From Candidatus Bathyarchaeota archaeon (GTDB taxonomy: Archaea; Thermoproteota; Bathyarchaeia; TCS64), in assembly GCA_030739585.1 (NCBI GenBank), contig JASLYX010000001.1, positions 372,452 through 436,451 on the forward strand: a stretch of DNA of 64,000 bases, given 5' to 3'. Both the position numbers and the translations under genes were made by a program. The first letter of the stretch is position 1; each line of letters opens with the position of its first letter. Below are positions 50,670 through 61,122 of the stretch, one piece after another. The notes below the pieces were generated by a model. That model was not told the DNA's origin. It saw only the letters and a program-made list of their open reading frames with translations, and made no database searches.

Positions 50670-51840
50670 ATTCGTAGAACCCTTTCCCTGAGGCTTTGCC
50701 GGTCCAGCCCTTTGCCACGCAGTCTTTTAGAAACGGGCATGGTGCATAGACCTCCTTTTCGTATTTGGCGTACAGCTCCTTTAGTTTCCCTAGATGCCTG
50801 TCCAGCCCCTGCTTATCCGCTTGCTCGCAGGGACCCATTGGCCATCCTGTGCCCAGCTTCATCCCCACGTCGATGTCCTCGGGCCCCGCCACGTCCTCGT
50901 GAATGAGTCGGGCGGCTTCGTTTGTGGCCACTGCGTAGAGTCTCTGAACATCAAACTTCCCTGACAACTTAAACGGGATTCTGGGGCGCCCCACCTTCCA
51001 GTCGTAGAAGCCCTTCCCTGTCTTTTGGCCCAGGTTTCCCTCCTCAACAAGCTTTGCGAGCATGGGGCTTGACTTTGCGACGTCTCCATATGCCGTCTCC
51101 ATGATCTGCCCCACCTCGTACATCACGTCAAGGCCAATCATGTCCGCGAGCTCGAAGGCGCCCAAGGGAAAGCCTGCCTTGTATTTCACAGCTGCGTCTA
51201 CCTCCTCTATCGTTGCCTCGCCGTTCTCGACAACCCAGAACGCCTCGTTCATCACGGCCCCGATAACACGATTCACAATAAATCCACGAACGTCCTTCCG
51301 TACCACGACGGGGGTCTTCCCCAGTTTCTCCACCAGCTTGACGATCGCATCTGTGGTCTCATCGTCGGTTTCCTCTCCTCTCACTACTTCTACGAGGGCC
51401 ATTAGCATCGGGGGATTGAAAAAGTGCATTCCCACTACCTTCTCGGGCCTCCCCGTCTGCTCAGCCATTTCGGTGATGCTGAGGCTCGAGGTATTGCTTG
51501 CAAGGATCGCGTGCCCGGGAGCTGCTTCGTCCAGTTTCTTATATATGATCTTCTTTAGCTCCATCACCTCAGGGACAGCCTCAACAACAAGGTCGGCGTT
51601 TACAACGGCCTCCTCGAGGTTGGTATTGGTCTTGATCCTCTCGAGGGCTGCCTTTGCATCCTCCTCTCTAATGCGTCTCCTCTCAACAAATTTGCCAAGG
51701 CTCCAAGTGATGTTCTCCACTGCCTTCTTGAGGAGCTCTTCGTTGATGTCTACAATGGTGACCTCAACACCAGCGAGGGCTAGAAGCTCGGCTATGCCGT
51801 GACCCATGATACCGGCTCCGATTACCGTTGATTTCTTCAT
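50662..51840 (-). CDS. 3-hydroxyacyl-CoA dehydrogenase
   Basis: GAGIMG, EAVPE, ASNTSS, GMHFFNP, GFIVNR; duplicated C-terminal domain. Confidence 0.95.
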   Translation of the reverse strand: MKKSTVIGAGIMGHGIAELLALAGVEVTIVDINEELLKKAVENITWSLGKFVERRRIREEDAKAALERIKTNTNLEEAVVNADLVVEAVPEVMELKKIIYKKLDEAAPGHAILASNTSSLSITEMAEQTGRPEKVVGMHFFNPPMLMALVEVVRGEETDDETTDAIVKLVEKLGKTPVVVRKDVRGFIVNRVIGAVMNEAFWVVENGEATIEEVDAAVKYKAGFPLGAFELADMIGLDVMYEVGQIMETAYGDVAKSSPMLAKLVEEGNLGQKTGKGFYDWKVGRPRIPFKLSGKFDVQRLYAVATNEAARLIHEDVAGPEDIDVGMKLGTGWPMGPCEQADKQGLDRHLGKLKELYAKYEKEVYAPCPFLKDCVAKGWTGKASGKGFYEYG

Positions 51841-51914
51841 TTATCCTCACTGGATAATTACTGGAGCCGGTGAAAAGACTTTTGAAACGTCAGATGGGGG
51901 TGAACGTGTGCACC

Positions 51915-52067
51915 TGCCTTCCTATGCGAAAGAGACGAAGTCGATTTCCTTTAGGATAATCAAGGCGTCATAGCGGGCAGGTCTCGCCGCCTTGAAAGTG
52001 AGGCCGAAGAGGTTTATGTCCTTCTGAACACCGTACTTTCCCTAGCTAAAACGACTACTTTCCTCAA
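51915..52067 (-). pseudogene. N-terminal relic of an archaeal-type thiolase
   Basis: Hand translation LRKVVVLA [frameshift] GKYGVQKDINLFGLTFKAARPARYDALIILKEIDFV, resembling MRKVAVIG...KFG.R.D....LA.EA...AL.DA....KDID; sits at the head of the hydroxyacyl-CoA dehydrogenase unit. Confidence 0.55.
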
Positions 52068-52214
52068 GATTGAAACTTGCATTCAGCGGATCCATGAACG
52101 ATACTAACTTTTCCGACGAAGGTTGCATGAGTTAGCCTGGGAGCACTCCAGATTAGTTCCCGGCGATTAATCTATATAGTAATTACATACAGATTTTACC
52201 TGTGAGCGTTTTAT

Positions 52215-53861
52215 ATGGATATTCCCAAGAATTGGCCTGACTATGTTCCCCATACCATTGATTACCCTGATATCCCGCTCTTCAGACTCCTCGACGACTC
52301 TGCTGAAAAGCATCCTGAGGCCACGGCGACTATCTACAAGGGCGGTCGGCTGACATATAGGGAGTTGAAGGAGCAGGTCGACAGGTTCGCGACAGCTCTC
52401 CAGAGACTTGGTGTAACAAGAGAGGACAAAATCGCCCTGTTCCTCCCTAACATCCCCCAGTTCGTGATAGCGTACTATGGCTCCCTTAAAGCTGGTGCCA
52501 TCGTTACGGCGATCAGCCCTCTTTACAAAGAGAGAGAGATAAAACACCAGATTCAAGATTCACAAGCAGAAACCTTAGTGGTTCTAGATCTACTCTACCC
52601 TATCCTAAAGAAAGTCAAATCAGAGACAGGGCTAAAGAGGATCATCGTGACAGGCGTTGGTGAATACCTCCCTTCCGTCAAGAGAATCTTGGGCTCTCTC
52701 CTTGGAAAGATTCCAACCCATAAAGTGGACCTAGAGGCTGGGATGTACCGTTTTCAAGACCTAATCAAGGAATACCCGCCAACCCCAGCTCCTGTAAAGG
52801 TAGACTCGAAGGAAGACCTTGCCTTACTCCAATACACAGGAGGCACAACAGGGCTCCCAAAAGGTGCTATGCTCACCCACTATAACCTAGTATCAAACGC
52901 CTTTATGTGTAATGCTTGGTCCAAAACGGAAGAGGGAAAAGAGGTCCAAGTCAACGTTCTTCCTCTCTACCATATCTATGGCATGTCGGTTACGATGAAT
53001 AATGCCATCGCATCCGCTAGCACAATGGTGTTGATCCCTCGCCCTGACTTAAAGGAGGTGCTCAGTTCCATCCAGAAATACAAGGCCACTTTATTCGGTG
53101 GCGTCCCAACCCTCTACGGAGCGCTCATAACCCATCCCAACATCTCAGACTATGACCTCTCCTCGATAAAGTTCTGTATTTCAGGTGCCTCTCCTCTCCC
53201 TCCCAAAGTCCAGAAAAAGTTCATGGAACTCACCGGCGGTGTTCTGGTTGAGGGATACGGACTTACTGAGGCTTCACCTGTTACTCATGGAAACCCCTTA
53301 GACCCCACATTGGAGACTGTGAAAATCGGCTCTGTCGGCCTTTCATGGCCAGACACCGAGGCGAGGATAATGAGCGAGGACAGTGATGTGGAGCTCCCTG
53401 TCGGCATGGTTGGAGAGATGGCAATAAGAGGTCCCCAAGTCATGAAGGGTTATTGGAATGACCCTGAAGGGACAGCTGCAGTCCTTAGAGATGGGTGGCT
53501 CTTTACCGGTGACTATGCTAAGCGAGATGAGGAGGGCTATTTTTACATTGTTGACCGGAAGAAGGATATGATAAAATACAAGGGATACAGCGTCTTTCCT
53601 CGGGAGGTCGAGGATGTTCTCTATGAGCATCCAGCGGTTAAGGTCGTAGCCATAGTGGGTATACCTGATGAAATAAGCGGTGAGATGCCGAAGGCTTTCA
53701 TAGTCCTCAAGGACGGTGCTGAGGCTACAGAAGAGGAATTGGTTGAATTCGTGAAGGAACGGGTAGCCTCTTATAAGAGGATCAGAGCAGTGGAATTCAG
53801 AGATAAACTTCCGATGACGCTGGTGGGTAAGGTTCTTAAAAAAGATCTGAGAGAAGCCTAA
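52215..53861 (+). CDS. Long-chain fatty acid--CoA ligase
   Basis: YTGGTTGLPKG, EGYGLTE, TGD, DRKKD, GKVLK. Confidence 0.95.
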   Translation: MDIPKNWPDYVPHTIDYPDIPLFRLLDDSAEKHPEATATIYKGGRLTYRELKEQVDRFATALQRLGVTREDKIALFLPNIPQFVIAYYGSLKAGAIVTAISPLYKEREIKHQIQDSQAETLVVLDLLYPILKKVKSETGLKRIIVTGVGEYLPSVKRILGSLLGKIPTHKVDLEAGMYRFQDLIKEYPPTPAPVKVDSKEDLALLQYTGGTTGLPKGAMLTHYNLVSNAFMCNAWSKTEEGKEVQVNVLPLYHIYGMSVTMNNAIASASTMVLIPRPDLKEVLSSIQKYKATLFGGVPTLYGALITHPNISDYDLSSIKFCISGASPLPPKVQKKFMELTGGVLVEGYGLTEASPVTHGNPLDPTLETVKIGSVGLSWPDTEARIMSEDSDVELPVGMVGEMAIRGPQVMKGYWNDPEGTAAVLRDGWLFTGDYAKRDEEGYFYIVDRKKDMIKYKGYSVFPREVEDVLYEHPAVKVVAIVGIPDEISGEMPKAFIVLKDGAEATEEELVEFVKERVASYKRIRAVEFRDKLPMTLVGKVLKKDLREA

Positions 53862-54367
53862 ATATTTCTTGTAATCACTGTTCTCCTTTTTCCCTATTGA
53901 GGATTTGTATTAACTTTTTTTTGCTATACAAGCTGTATTTTTTTACTCATACCCTGCATAGAATGGATTGAAACCGTTAATCACACCGCTTCATCCATTA
54001 AGGACCCAATATAGCCCCTCCATCAAAGCCTTCCAGTACCCTGAATGGCCCAACCACTTGACCCCATACGCCTCAACCCTGTTCCTAGTGGATAATTGAC
54101 AGCTTCAGATTTCAACCTACATATATGGTAATCCACTGAAGAAGGTAAAACAAAAACATGCAAAACCATCTTCACTTGAAACTAAGGCAACGTTGTCGCT
54201 AATATGTAATCCAAACCAAACACCCACTCAAACACCAAGAACGTCCTTCCCTGGGAGCCCCATTTCTGTTGTTGCTGTCATCCTTCAACCCTATCTAGGC
54301 GGAGTATGGACCTTTTGAATTTGAAGCACATTAAACATTGGCTAACTCAAAGTAGTGTAATTAAAAT

Positions 54368-55237
54368 TTAATAGGTAGAAAAAATATCGCCTGTAAACCC
54401 CCATTGCTTTATGATGTTTTCTGCGTTTTTTATAATCTCATCAATAAACTCCTGAACTGTCACGATTTTGTTGATAACACCAACTGTCATCGAACCTACC
54501 CCCGAATCTTTTAACTGGTGATGATAGATTTTTGGATATAAATCAGGATCAAAAGAAGACTGCTCAACAAATTTTTGTTTGATCTTATCTGGAATCGGGC
54601 ATTCTTTTGTCGCCATAAATCCTGTCCCAATATATAATGCCTGAGCACCCATTGCTAAAGCTGACAGAAATCCCCGAGCATCTCCAATTCCTCCAGCTGC
54701 AACAAAGGGCACCCTTAGCATTCGATCTGCCATCACCATATTGATCATGGTCGTATTTTGGAGCGGGTTCTTGTATCCAGTTCCCTCAAGTCCAACAATG
54801 ATCACGGCGTCTGCACCATGCCTTTCTGCAGCCAGTGCATGTTTCATCGTTACGACTTTGTGGACCCACTTTAGCCCAGCTGCATGGATCCTATCACCAA
54901 TTTTTTTTGCCTTGTAAGCGGAGGTAAAAACAGTTCCTATCCCTTCATCGATGGCAACTTCTACCATCTCCTCGTAAAAATCCTCTGTTAATCGTGGTGG
55001 AATAATAGTAAAATTTACGCCGAAAGGTTTTTCAGTCATTGATTTTGCTTTTTGTATATCCTCTCTTAATTTTCTCGCATCTCTAAAGGCATGAGCAGTA
55101 ATGATCCCAAATCCTCCTGCTTCGGAGACTGGGGCTGCTATATCCGATTTTCCAAATCCGGCAAAAGCACCCTGTATGATTGGGTATGTGCATCCTAACA
55201 TTTCTGTTATCTTTGTTTTCCATATCATTTTCTTCAC
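54368..55237 (-). CDS. Nitronate monooxygenase / FabK-like flavin oxidoreductase
   Basis: YPIIQGA, AGGFG, KPFGVN, AAGGIGD, GTGF. Confidence 0.88.
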   Translation of the reverse strand: MKKMIWKTKITEMLGCTYPIIQGAFAGFGKSDIAAPVSEAGGFGIITAHAFRDARKLREDIQKAKSMTEKPFGVNFTIIPPRLTEDFYEEMVEVAIDEGIGTVFTSAYKAKKIGDRIHAAGLKWVHKVVTMKHALAAERHGADAVIIVGLEGTGYKNPLQNTTMINMVMADRMLRVPFVAAGGIGDARGFLSALAMGAQALYIGTGFMATKECPIPDKIKQKFVEQSSFDPDLYPKIYHHQLKDSGVGSMTVGVINKIVTVQEFIDEIIKNAENIIKQWGFTGDIFSTY

Positions 55238-55600
55238 AAGGGATCACTCATTTTTTTTTATATTTAAGTAGGGTACGTGGTTTAATCACTTGTTTTTTGG
55301 ACTCCTTCTTTTTCGCGCGTGATAATGGAAACAACTTTAACGGTGAATTAATACGCCCCATAGCCGTATGCATCTTGGAGAATCAATCTCGTTTCATTCA
55401 ATAGTCTGGACAGTTTTAATCAAATCATGGATATAAAAACAGCCAATGAACCTAGGGGGATAGCAGCATCAATAGGACCTTCGAGCAGGCTGCGAGTCTT
55501 GTACGCGTTCTTGACGGAGGGGATCACCACTCTTTGATACATGGAACCCTCACTACCCTAGTTTACACTCTCGCCTAAAAAAATACAGTATAGGACCACG

Positions 55601-56671
55601 TCAACAGAAGCACCAATATTCTCGGAGTTGTCTCTTGACGTCGCCAATAATTCTCTCGGCCTCCTTTAACACGACCTCAGAGCTCCTCGGACTAAAAGCC
55701 AATTCCACAATTGGGTTCTTCTCACCCATCACTCCAGTGAGGAGCGAGAGCCACCCTTCGGCGACTGTCTCTGGATTGTAGCCGCTGCAGCAGAGGTCGA
55801 CTACGCCGCAACCGGCCTCCTCAGCGACCTTAGACACGGCCATTCCTATGTCCCAGAGCCCTTGAAATGTCAGGTTAAGCCTCCCTAGACCGTCTGAAAA
55901 GTGGGGGTCTGTACCACCGTTCCTTATTATCACCTGGGGCTTGAACTCCTTTGCAAGGGGTTTGAAGACTTCCTCAAGGAACATGGCCATGCAGCGGTCA
56001 TCAGCACCTGGAGGGAGAGGCACATTTACCGTGAATCCAGCACCATCCGCTTCCCCAATCTGGTTGATGAAACCCGTTCCAGGAAAGATGGTAAGGGGAT
56101 TCTGGTGCACCGAGATGTATAGGAACCGGGGGTCTTCATAGAAAATATCCATGGTGCCGTTCCCCGCGTGGACATCGGAGTCGAGGATGAGCACCCTCTC
56201 TAGGCCGAGGCGCTCGACGAGGCTCTGAGCGCAAACAGCGACGTCGTTGAAGACACAGAATCCCCCCCCGTATTTCCGTCCGGCGTGGTGGAGCCCCCCG
56301 CCGACGCCCTCCCCTATCTTAGCGGCTCCCGTGGCGACTAGTTCCCCCGCCAGCACGGATGTCCCGACGATGAGTCGCGTTGCATCTACTATGGATGGGC
56401 TGAGGGGGGTATCACCTGACAGCGGGATGTATTTTTCACTTCGCCTCTCAACTTCCCTGATGTAGGATTCCGGATGGATCAATTTTAGGATCTCATCGCC
56501 AGCGGGTTCTGGCTCTATGACGGAGACCCTAGGATGGTTTAGTAAACCGTGAGCCTCAATCAGATCCATAAATTTCGGGAACCTATCGCCCCTGAAGGGA
56601 TGGCCTGGGCCAAAGTCGTATCTGGAAATCCCTTCATGGTAGACCAGGACAACCGGTTCCATAGCGTTCAA
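55601..56671 (-). CDS. Histone deacetylase / AcuC family protein
   Basis: GHP, GGGLHHA, GFCVFND, DSDVHAGNGT, NVPLP, GTDPH. Confidence 0.93.
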   Translation of the reverse strand: MNAMEPVVLVYHEGISRYDFGPGHPFRGDRFPKFMDLIEAHGLLNHPRVSVIEPEPAGDEILKLIHPESYIREVERRSEKYIPLSGDTPLSPSIVDATRLIVGTSVLAGELVATGAAKIGEGVGGGLHHAGRKYGGGFCVFNDVAVCAQSLVERLGLERVLILDSDVHAGNGTMDIFYEDPRFLYISVHQNPLTIFPGTGFINQIGEADGAGFTVNVPLPPGADDRCMAMFLEEVFKPLAKEFKPQVIIRNGGTDPHFSDGLGRLNLTFQGLWDIGMAVSKVAEEAGCGVVDLCCSGYNPETVAEGWLSLLTGVMGEKNPIVELAFSPRSSEVVLKEAERIIGDVKRQLREYWCFC

Positions 56672-56877
56672 CCTGATACATGTTTACTACCGATCGGAAA
56701 AGATAAGGGGATATCCTCAATTGCTCTGATCGCACTTGATGCGAGCTTTAAATGATGATAGATTCCCTGCTCAGATACTTGTTTTATTAGTTAGAACGTA
56801 GCCACAATAAGTTTTAACGACTGGTCTAAAGAGTGGTAATATTACCATCCTATGTTTCTATATATCCTGAAGAAGAA

Positions 56878-57681
56878 ATGAGTCTGAAAAGGAAATACAT
56901 CTACGTCTTAGCGATCTGCCTCTCGATCATAGTCGCCGGAGCAATTATCGCCTATAACCCGTTCCGAGAGAAGATGGATGAGACCATATTCAAGTTCCCA
57001 GCTGGGATACCGCCCTCTCTGGGAATTGGATATGCTACCTCCTTAGGTGATGCCGACGTCAATTCTATCCAAGTGTCTGGACAAGGGAGTGTCTCCGCTA
57101 AAGCAACCCAGGCTACACTTACACTTGGGGCATGGACAGATAATCCCGTCGCAGCTAAGGCGGTGGAGGAAAACGCTCTTCTTATGACCTCGGTAATAGA
57201 TGCCATCACAGGACTGGGCATAGCGGAAGACAAGGTCAAGACTGTAACCTACAGTGTAAACACCAACTATGACTGGGAAACCAGATCCGTCAAAGGCTAT
57301 CAAGTCACTAACATGATCCAAATTACTGTTGAGGATATTAACATGGTGGGGGAGGTCATTGATCTTACAGCTGCAGCCGGCGCCAATAATATCCAAGGAA
57401 TCAGTTTCGGAATCTCCGATCAAGAAGCCAAGGACTTAGCAAATAATGCCTACGTTTTGGCTCTCCAGAATGCACGGGAAAAAGCTGAACTAATCGCCAA
57501 CACTTTGGATCTAGAGATAACTGACGTCCTTTACGTAAGCGAGAGCTCTTTTGCTCCCTACTCCCCTTATAGGGGAAACGTAGAGATGGCAATGGACAGT
57601 AGATCCTCCGTGCCTACTCCCATCATCGAAGGGAGCTTGAGCGTCTCTGTCAACGTCCAGATTGCGTTCAGCATCCAGTAG
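56878..57681 (+). CDS. SIMPL (DUF541) domain protein with N-terminal membrane anchor
   Basis: I.VSGQG.V, GYQVTN, AGANNI.GISF, AREKA. Confidence 0.9.
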   Translation: MSLKRKYIYVLAICLSIIVAGAIIAYNPFREKMDETIFKFPAGIPPSLGIGYATSLGDADVNSIQVSGQGSVSAKATQATLTLGAWTDNPVAAKAVEENALLMTSVIDAITGLGIAEDKVKTVTYSVNTNYDWETRSVKGYQVTNMIQITVEDINMVGEVIDLTAAAGANNIQGISFGISDQEAKDLANNAYVLALQNAREKAELIANTLDLEITDVLYVSESSFAPYSPYRGNVEMAMDSRSSVPTPIIEGSLSVSVNVQIAFSIQ

Positions 57682-58054
57682 ATTGCGACATCAAACCATT
57701 TTTTTTATTTTTCAACATATTCCTAATCTGAACTAGGCGAATGAGATTTTACTAGATAGTTTTCACGATGATCAATGTCAATTCGCCTATGAGTATCTAC
57801 GGTGAGCCCATTCTAATGTCCGGTCCCTGTGCAACTCCATACTATAGGCGATAAGATCCCGATTACTATAATCGCGAGCGAGGCGTTCGGCATGTACCAC
57901 ATCCACGTTCCACCGACCGATGTTTTCATCAATGACCCCGTTTGCGATTAACCTTTTTTCAAATCTCGCTCAACATTTCCCGTCATCCTCTGTAATCTAT
58001 CTATCATTAATCCCCCTTCCAAAATTCCATGAAACTTTGCTCACCATTTTGAAA

Positions 58055-58630
58055 TCATTTCCTGAACAGTTTAATTCCCATCGAAATAGTCCACAAAGCC
58101 AAGACTATTGCCTCGACGATCTCCGGAATCGCAAGTCCCACATAGAAACTAGACAACCCAAAGATCCCCCCCAAAGCTAAAACACCCGATAAAACTGTGA
58201 AAACTCCATAATTCCCGTCGATTCTACGGAGAGAAAATCCTAGTAAAATCAAAGCTACTGGGAAAAGGACGAAGTAACCCATTGCGACAAGATTATGGAT
58301 CACTGGAGACTCCTCGGTGAATACCCCAACTAGCCCAAGTGACGCACCCCCTAAAAGAAGTATAATGATGCCAACTTTCGAAAATTTATCTTGACCAAAA
58401 ATACGTTTCACCCCCAGAGCAAAGAAGAAATTCAAAATGCCTGCAAAGATTACTGCGGAGTTAAAGAGATAGGATACTTCGCTCACTCCCAGATCGCTGA
58501 GGGAGTTATTCGTCCAAGAAAACCATTGTGCTTGATTGATGGCGAGAAATATCAGGAATAGAGCAGATATAGGTCCTATTATTCCACATAAACCCGAAAG
58601 TTTAGTGAACTTCATCTTAATAATAGACAT
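58055..58630 (-). CDS. DUF998 family membrane protein
   Basis: WFSW..NSLSDLG, LVGVF.E...H, AIPE. Confidence 0.85.
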   Translation of the reverse strand: MSIIKMKFTKLSGLCGIIGPISALFLIFLAINQAQWFSWTNNSLSDLGVSEVSYLFNSAVIFAGILNFFFALGVKRIFGQDKFSKVGIIILLLGGASLGLVGVFTEESPVIHNLVAMGYFVLFPVALILLGFSLRRIDGNYGVFTVLSGVLALGGIFGLSSFYVGLAIPEIVEAIVLALWTISMGIKLFRK

Positions 58631-58865
58631 GAGGAAACTAGTAATATGATAAGAATGTAATAATTAATGCTTTGGGGATTGAGCGCGACCCACATCTTGG
58701 TATTTATTAATCAGAGCTCTCGTCTCCATAAGCTCTTTTCCAGCTTGTTCAATGGAACCCCTCATGTCCTCTATCCGTTCTTTCACTGAAAAGACAGTCC
58801 CTCAATTAGAAAAGTTCAATTAGATTATTGACATGAAACGATCCAGTTAACCCTTATCTACCTTA

Positions 58866-59384
58866 ATGCTAAAACTCAAGCATACAATGGCGCTAGATGG
58901 TAAACGTCCAAACCGATTATGGCGACTATTCTTTCGAATTCCACTTTACCTTTACAACCTGAGAATATTAGGATGGGAGCGAATAATTGGAGCCCAATTC
59001 ATCAAGATCACAACCAAAGGTAGGAGAACCGGAAAGTCTCACTCTGTGCTCGTTGATGTGCTAGAACATGATTTGGAGAAAGATGTCTACTATGTCTCCT
59101 CTGCGTATGGGGCTGGAGCTGATTGGGTAAAGAACATTAAGGTCAATCCTGTTTTCAACGTTCAAATAGGTAGACGACGGTTTAAAGCTAAATCTGAACA
59201 AGTATCAGGTCAAAATGGCAGTAAGTTGTTATTTAGGTACATTGATGAACATAGAGACTATATGAAAGGTCTCTACAAGATGATGGGTATCGATCTAGAC
59301 GTTCTCTCAACGGAAGAGCTTATGGAAGTGCTAACAAAAGAGATGGTTCTGGCAATTACTCCATCAATGAAAAGAGAGAAGTGA
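58866..59384 (+). CDS. Deazaflavin (F420)-dependent oxidoreductase, DUF385/Ddn-like
   Basis: R.P..LY, TTKGRRTGK, ADWVKNI..NP. Confidence 0.85.
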   Translation: MLKLKHTMALDGKRPNRLWRLFFRIPLYLYNLRILGWERIIGAQFIKITTKGRRTGKSHSVLVDVLEHDLEKDVYYVSSAYGAGADWVKNIKVNPVFNVQIGRRRFKAKSEQVSGQNGSKLLFRYIDEHRDYMKGLYKMMGIDLDVLSTEELMEVLTKEMVLAITPSMKREK

Positions 59385-59459
59385 TGGAAGCGCACTCATA
59401 ACCATTATAAGATTTCCCCGTGGGTTAGCTAGATAACGCGAAGAAAGACAGTTGGTTTT

Positions 59460-60755
59460 ATGGGGGAACATCTAGGGATCCAAAATCGTTTCAGCTTTAT
59501 GACCGGGAATATTGCAGTCCTCACTATGACCCAAGTCCTAGGCAGGTTCTTCAGGAGCATGGTGTTCCCATACGCCAGCCTGTATGTCCTTGCTCTAGGC
59601 GGGGGGTCCTCCCAGATCGGGATAATCAACTCCCTACGCCCTCTTGCCGGCCTAGTTATGTTCCCCCTGGCAGGTTACTTCACTGATAGGGCCGGGAGAA
59701 AGATTCTCATCGCCCTAGCAGGGTACCTTTCAGCTGCGACAATGATGCTTTACGTCTTCGCGCCAAGCTGGGAGTGGATTGCACTAGGCGCTTTCCTCCA
59801 GGGCTTCATGGTGTTCCAGTTCCCTCCCACCTCCGCGATAATTGCGGACTCTTTGGCCCCTGAGAATAGGGGGATCGGCGTCGCGACCATGACCACCATA
59901 GCCTCGGTCCTAGGGATGTTTAGCCCTTACATCGCGGCCCTCGTGCTCCAGATCTATGATACCGCTCCAGGGATGAGGATCCTTTATGCGCTCCTAGCTG
60001 GGGCTGGCGCCGCGGGGGCCACTATCAATCTCCGATTCCTCGATGAGACCGCCAGGGAAGTCGAAATGGGCCCTCGCTTGAGCGTCTCCCAGATCTTTAG
60101 GGATGTCTATGGAGGGATACCCTTGATGCTGCGACAGCTTCCCGCCCCCTTAAAGGCTCTGGGGGTAGTGATGGTCCTCGGGTTTATGGCCAACGGTGTC
60201 GCGTCAAGCTTTTGGGTGGTGTACGTTGTGGAGGAGATCGGACTTTCCACAGTGGATTGGGGGCTGATCCTTTTCATCGAGGGCGCCCTTAAGGTCGTCT
60301 TTTACATCCCCGCCGGCGTATTGGTGGACAAGTATGGTAGGGCCAGGTCCCTAATGGCTTCACTCCTTTTTTCTATTATATCTATTCCTATGTTCGTCTT
60401 CGCCCGAGGCTTTTACCAGGTGCTGGCGATCCGCCTCGCCGTTGGGGTTTCCAACGTACTTTTCATCCCCGCCTGTTCAGCACTCATGGCAGATTATGTT
60501 CCCCGAGACATCCGTGGGAGAGTGATGGCTGCCTTAGGGAGGGGCACGGTTATCGTTGGGGCTACAGGGGGAGGGACTGGGGGGCCAGGGGTGGGGTTCC
60601 TAATAACCATCCCCTTAATGGTCGCCTCAGTCGCAGGGGGGATACTCTACGCTGTGAACCCCATATATCCTTGGCTTTTCCTTGTCTTCACCATCCTGAT
60701 GTCCTTAGCCGTAACAGGGCTCTACATTCGTGACCCTAAAATCGCCGAGATCTGA
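59460..60755 (+). CDS. MFS transporter
   Basis: About 12 TM segments, GYFTDRAGRK and DKYGR motif A. Confidence 0.93.
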   Translation: MGEHLGIQNRFSFMTGNIAVLTMTQVLGRFFRSMVFPYASLYVLALGGGSSQIGIINSLRPLAGLVMFPLAGYFTDRAGRKILIALAGYLSAATMMLYVFAPSWEWIALGAFLQGFMVFQFPPTSAIIADSLAPENRGIGVATMTTIASVLGMFSPYIAALVLQIYDTAPGMRILYALLAGAGAAGATINLRFLDETAREVEMGPRLSVSQIFRDVYGGIPLMLRQLPAPLKALGVVMVLGFMANGVASSFWVVYVVEEIGLSTVDWGLILFIEGALKVVFYIPAGVLVDKYGRARSLMASLLFSIISIPMFVFARGFYQVLAIRLAVGVSNVLFIPACSALMADYVPRDIRGRVMAALGRGTVIVGATGGGTGGPGVGFLITIPLMVASVAGGILYAVNPIYPWLFLVFTILMSLAVTGLYIRDPKIAEI

Positions 60756-61122
60756 CAAAGACCCGGCGCGCGCCTCTTACGAGAAAGATTGTAAAGGTCT
60801 TAAAAAAGATAATTTTTTCTTCTAAATGTTAGTGTACGCAGGGAGTTTTTGTTAAAATGCGGAGTTAGACCTTAGATTAAATACCCTGGCTTTAAGAGAT
60901 AAATCATGTGATGTATTTTTACACGTTATAGTGACAAATTACACCATCGCGCGCAATAGTTTTTTTTAGGAACTTTTTTCCATTATAAGCTCAAAGCTCG
61001 TACTTTGAGGGATCATAGACGCCTATATTAACGAGGTGCTCAATCTTGATGAAGTTAATGCTGGAGATGGTAGGGGAGCATTCATAAAAAGAGGGGGTAT
61101 TTGAAGTTTAACGACCGTTAAA

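Noticed and set aside
51062-51802. Long antisense ORFs (this 246-aa one, 26138-26704, 48649-49224 and others)
   Set aside because: Shadows of well-supported genes on the opposite strand
53985-54165. Possible PaaI thioesterase relic (CF...GG....LMDEAV on the minus strand)
   Set aside because: Needs several frameshifts; too degraded to call by eye
57720-57990. Minus-strand frame with TGT-TGA suggesting Cys-Sec
   Set aside because: A TAG stop lies just upstream with no start codon, and there is no selenoprotein homology or SECIS evidence
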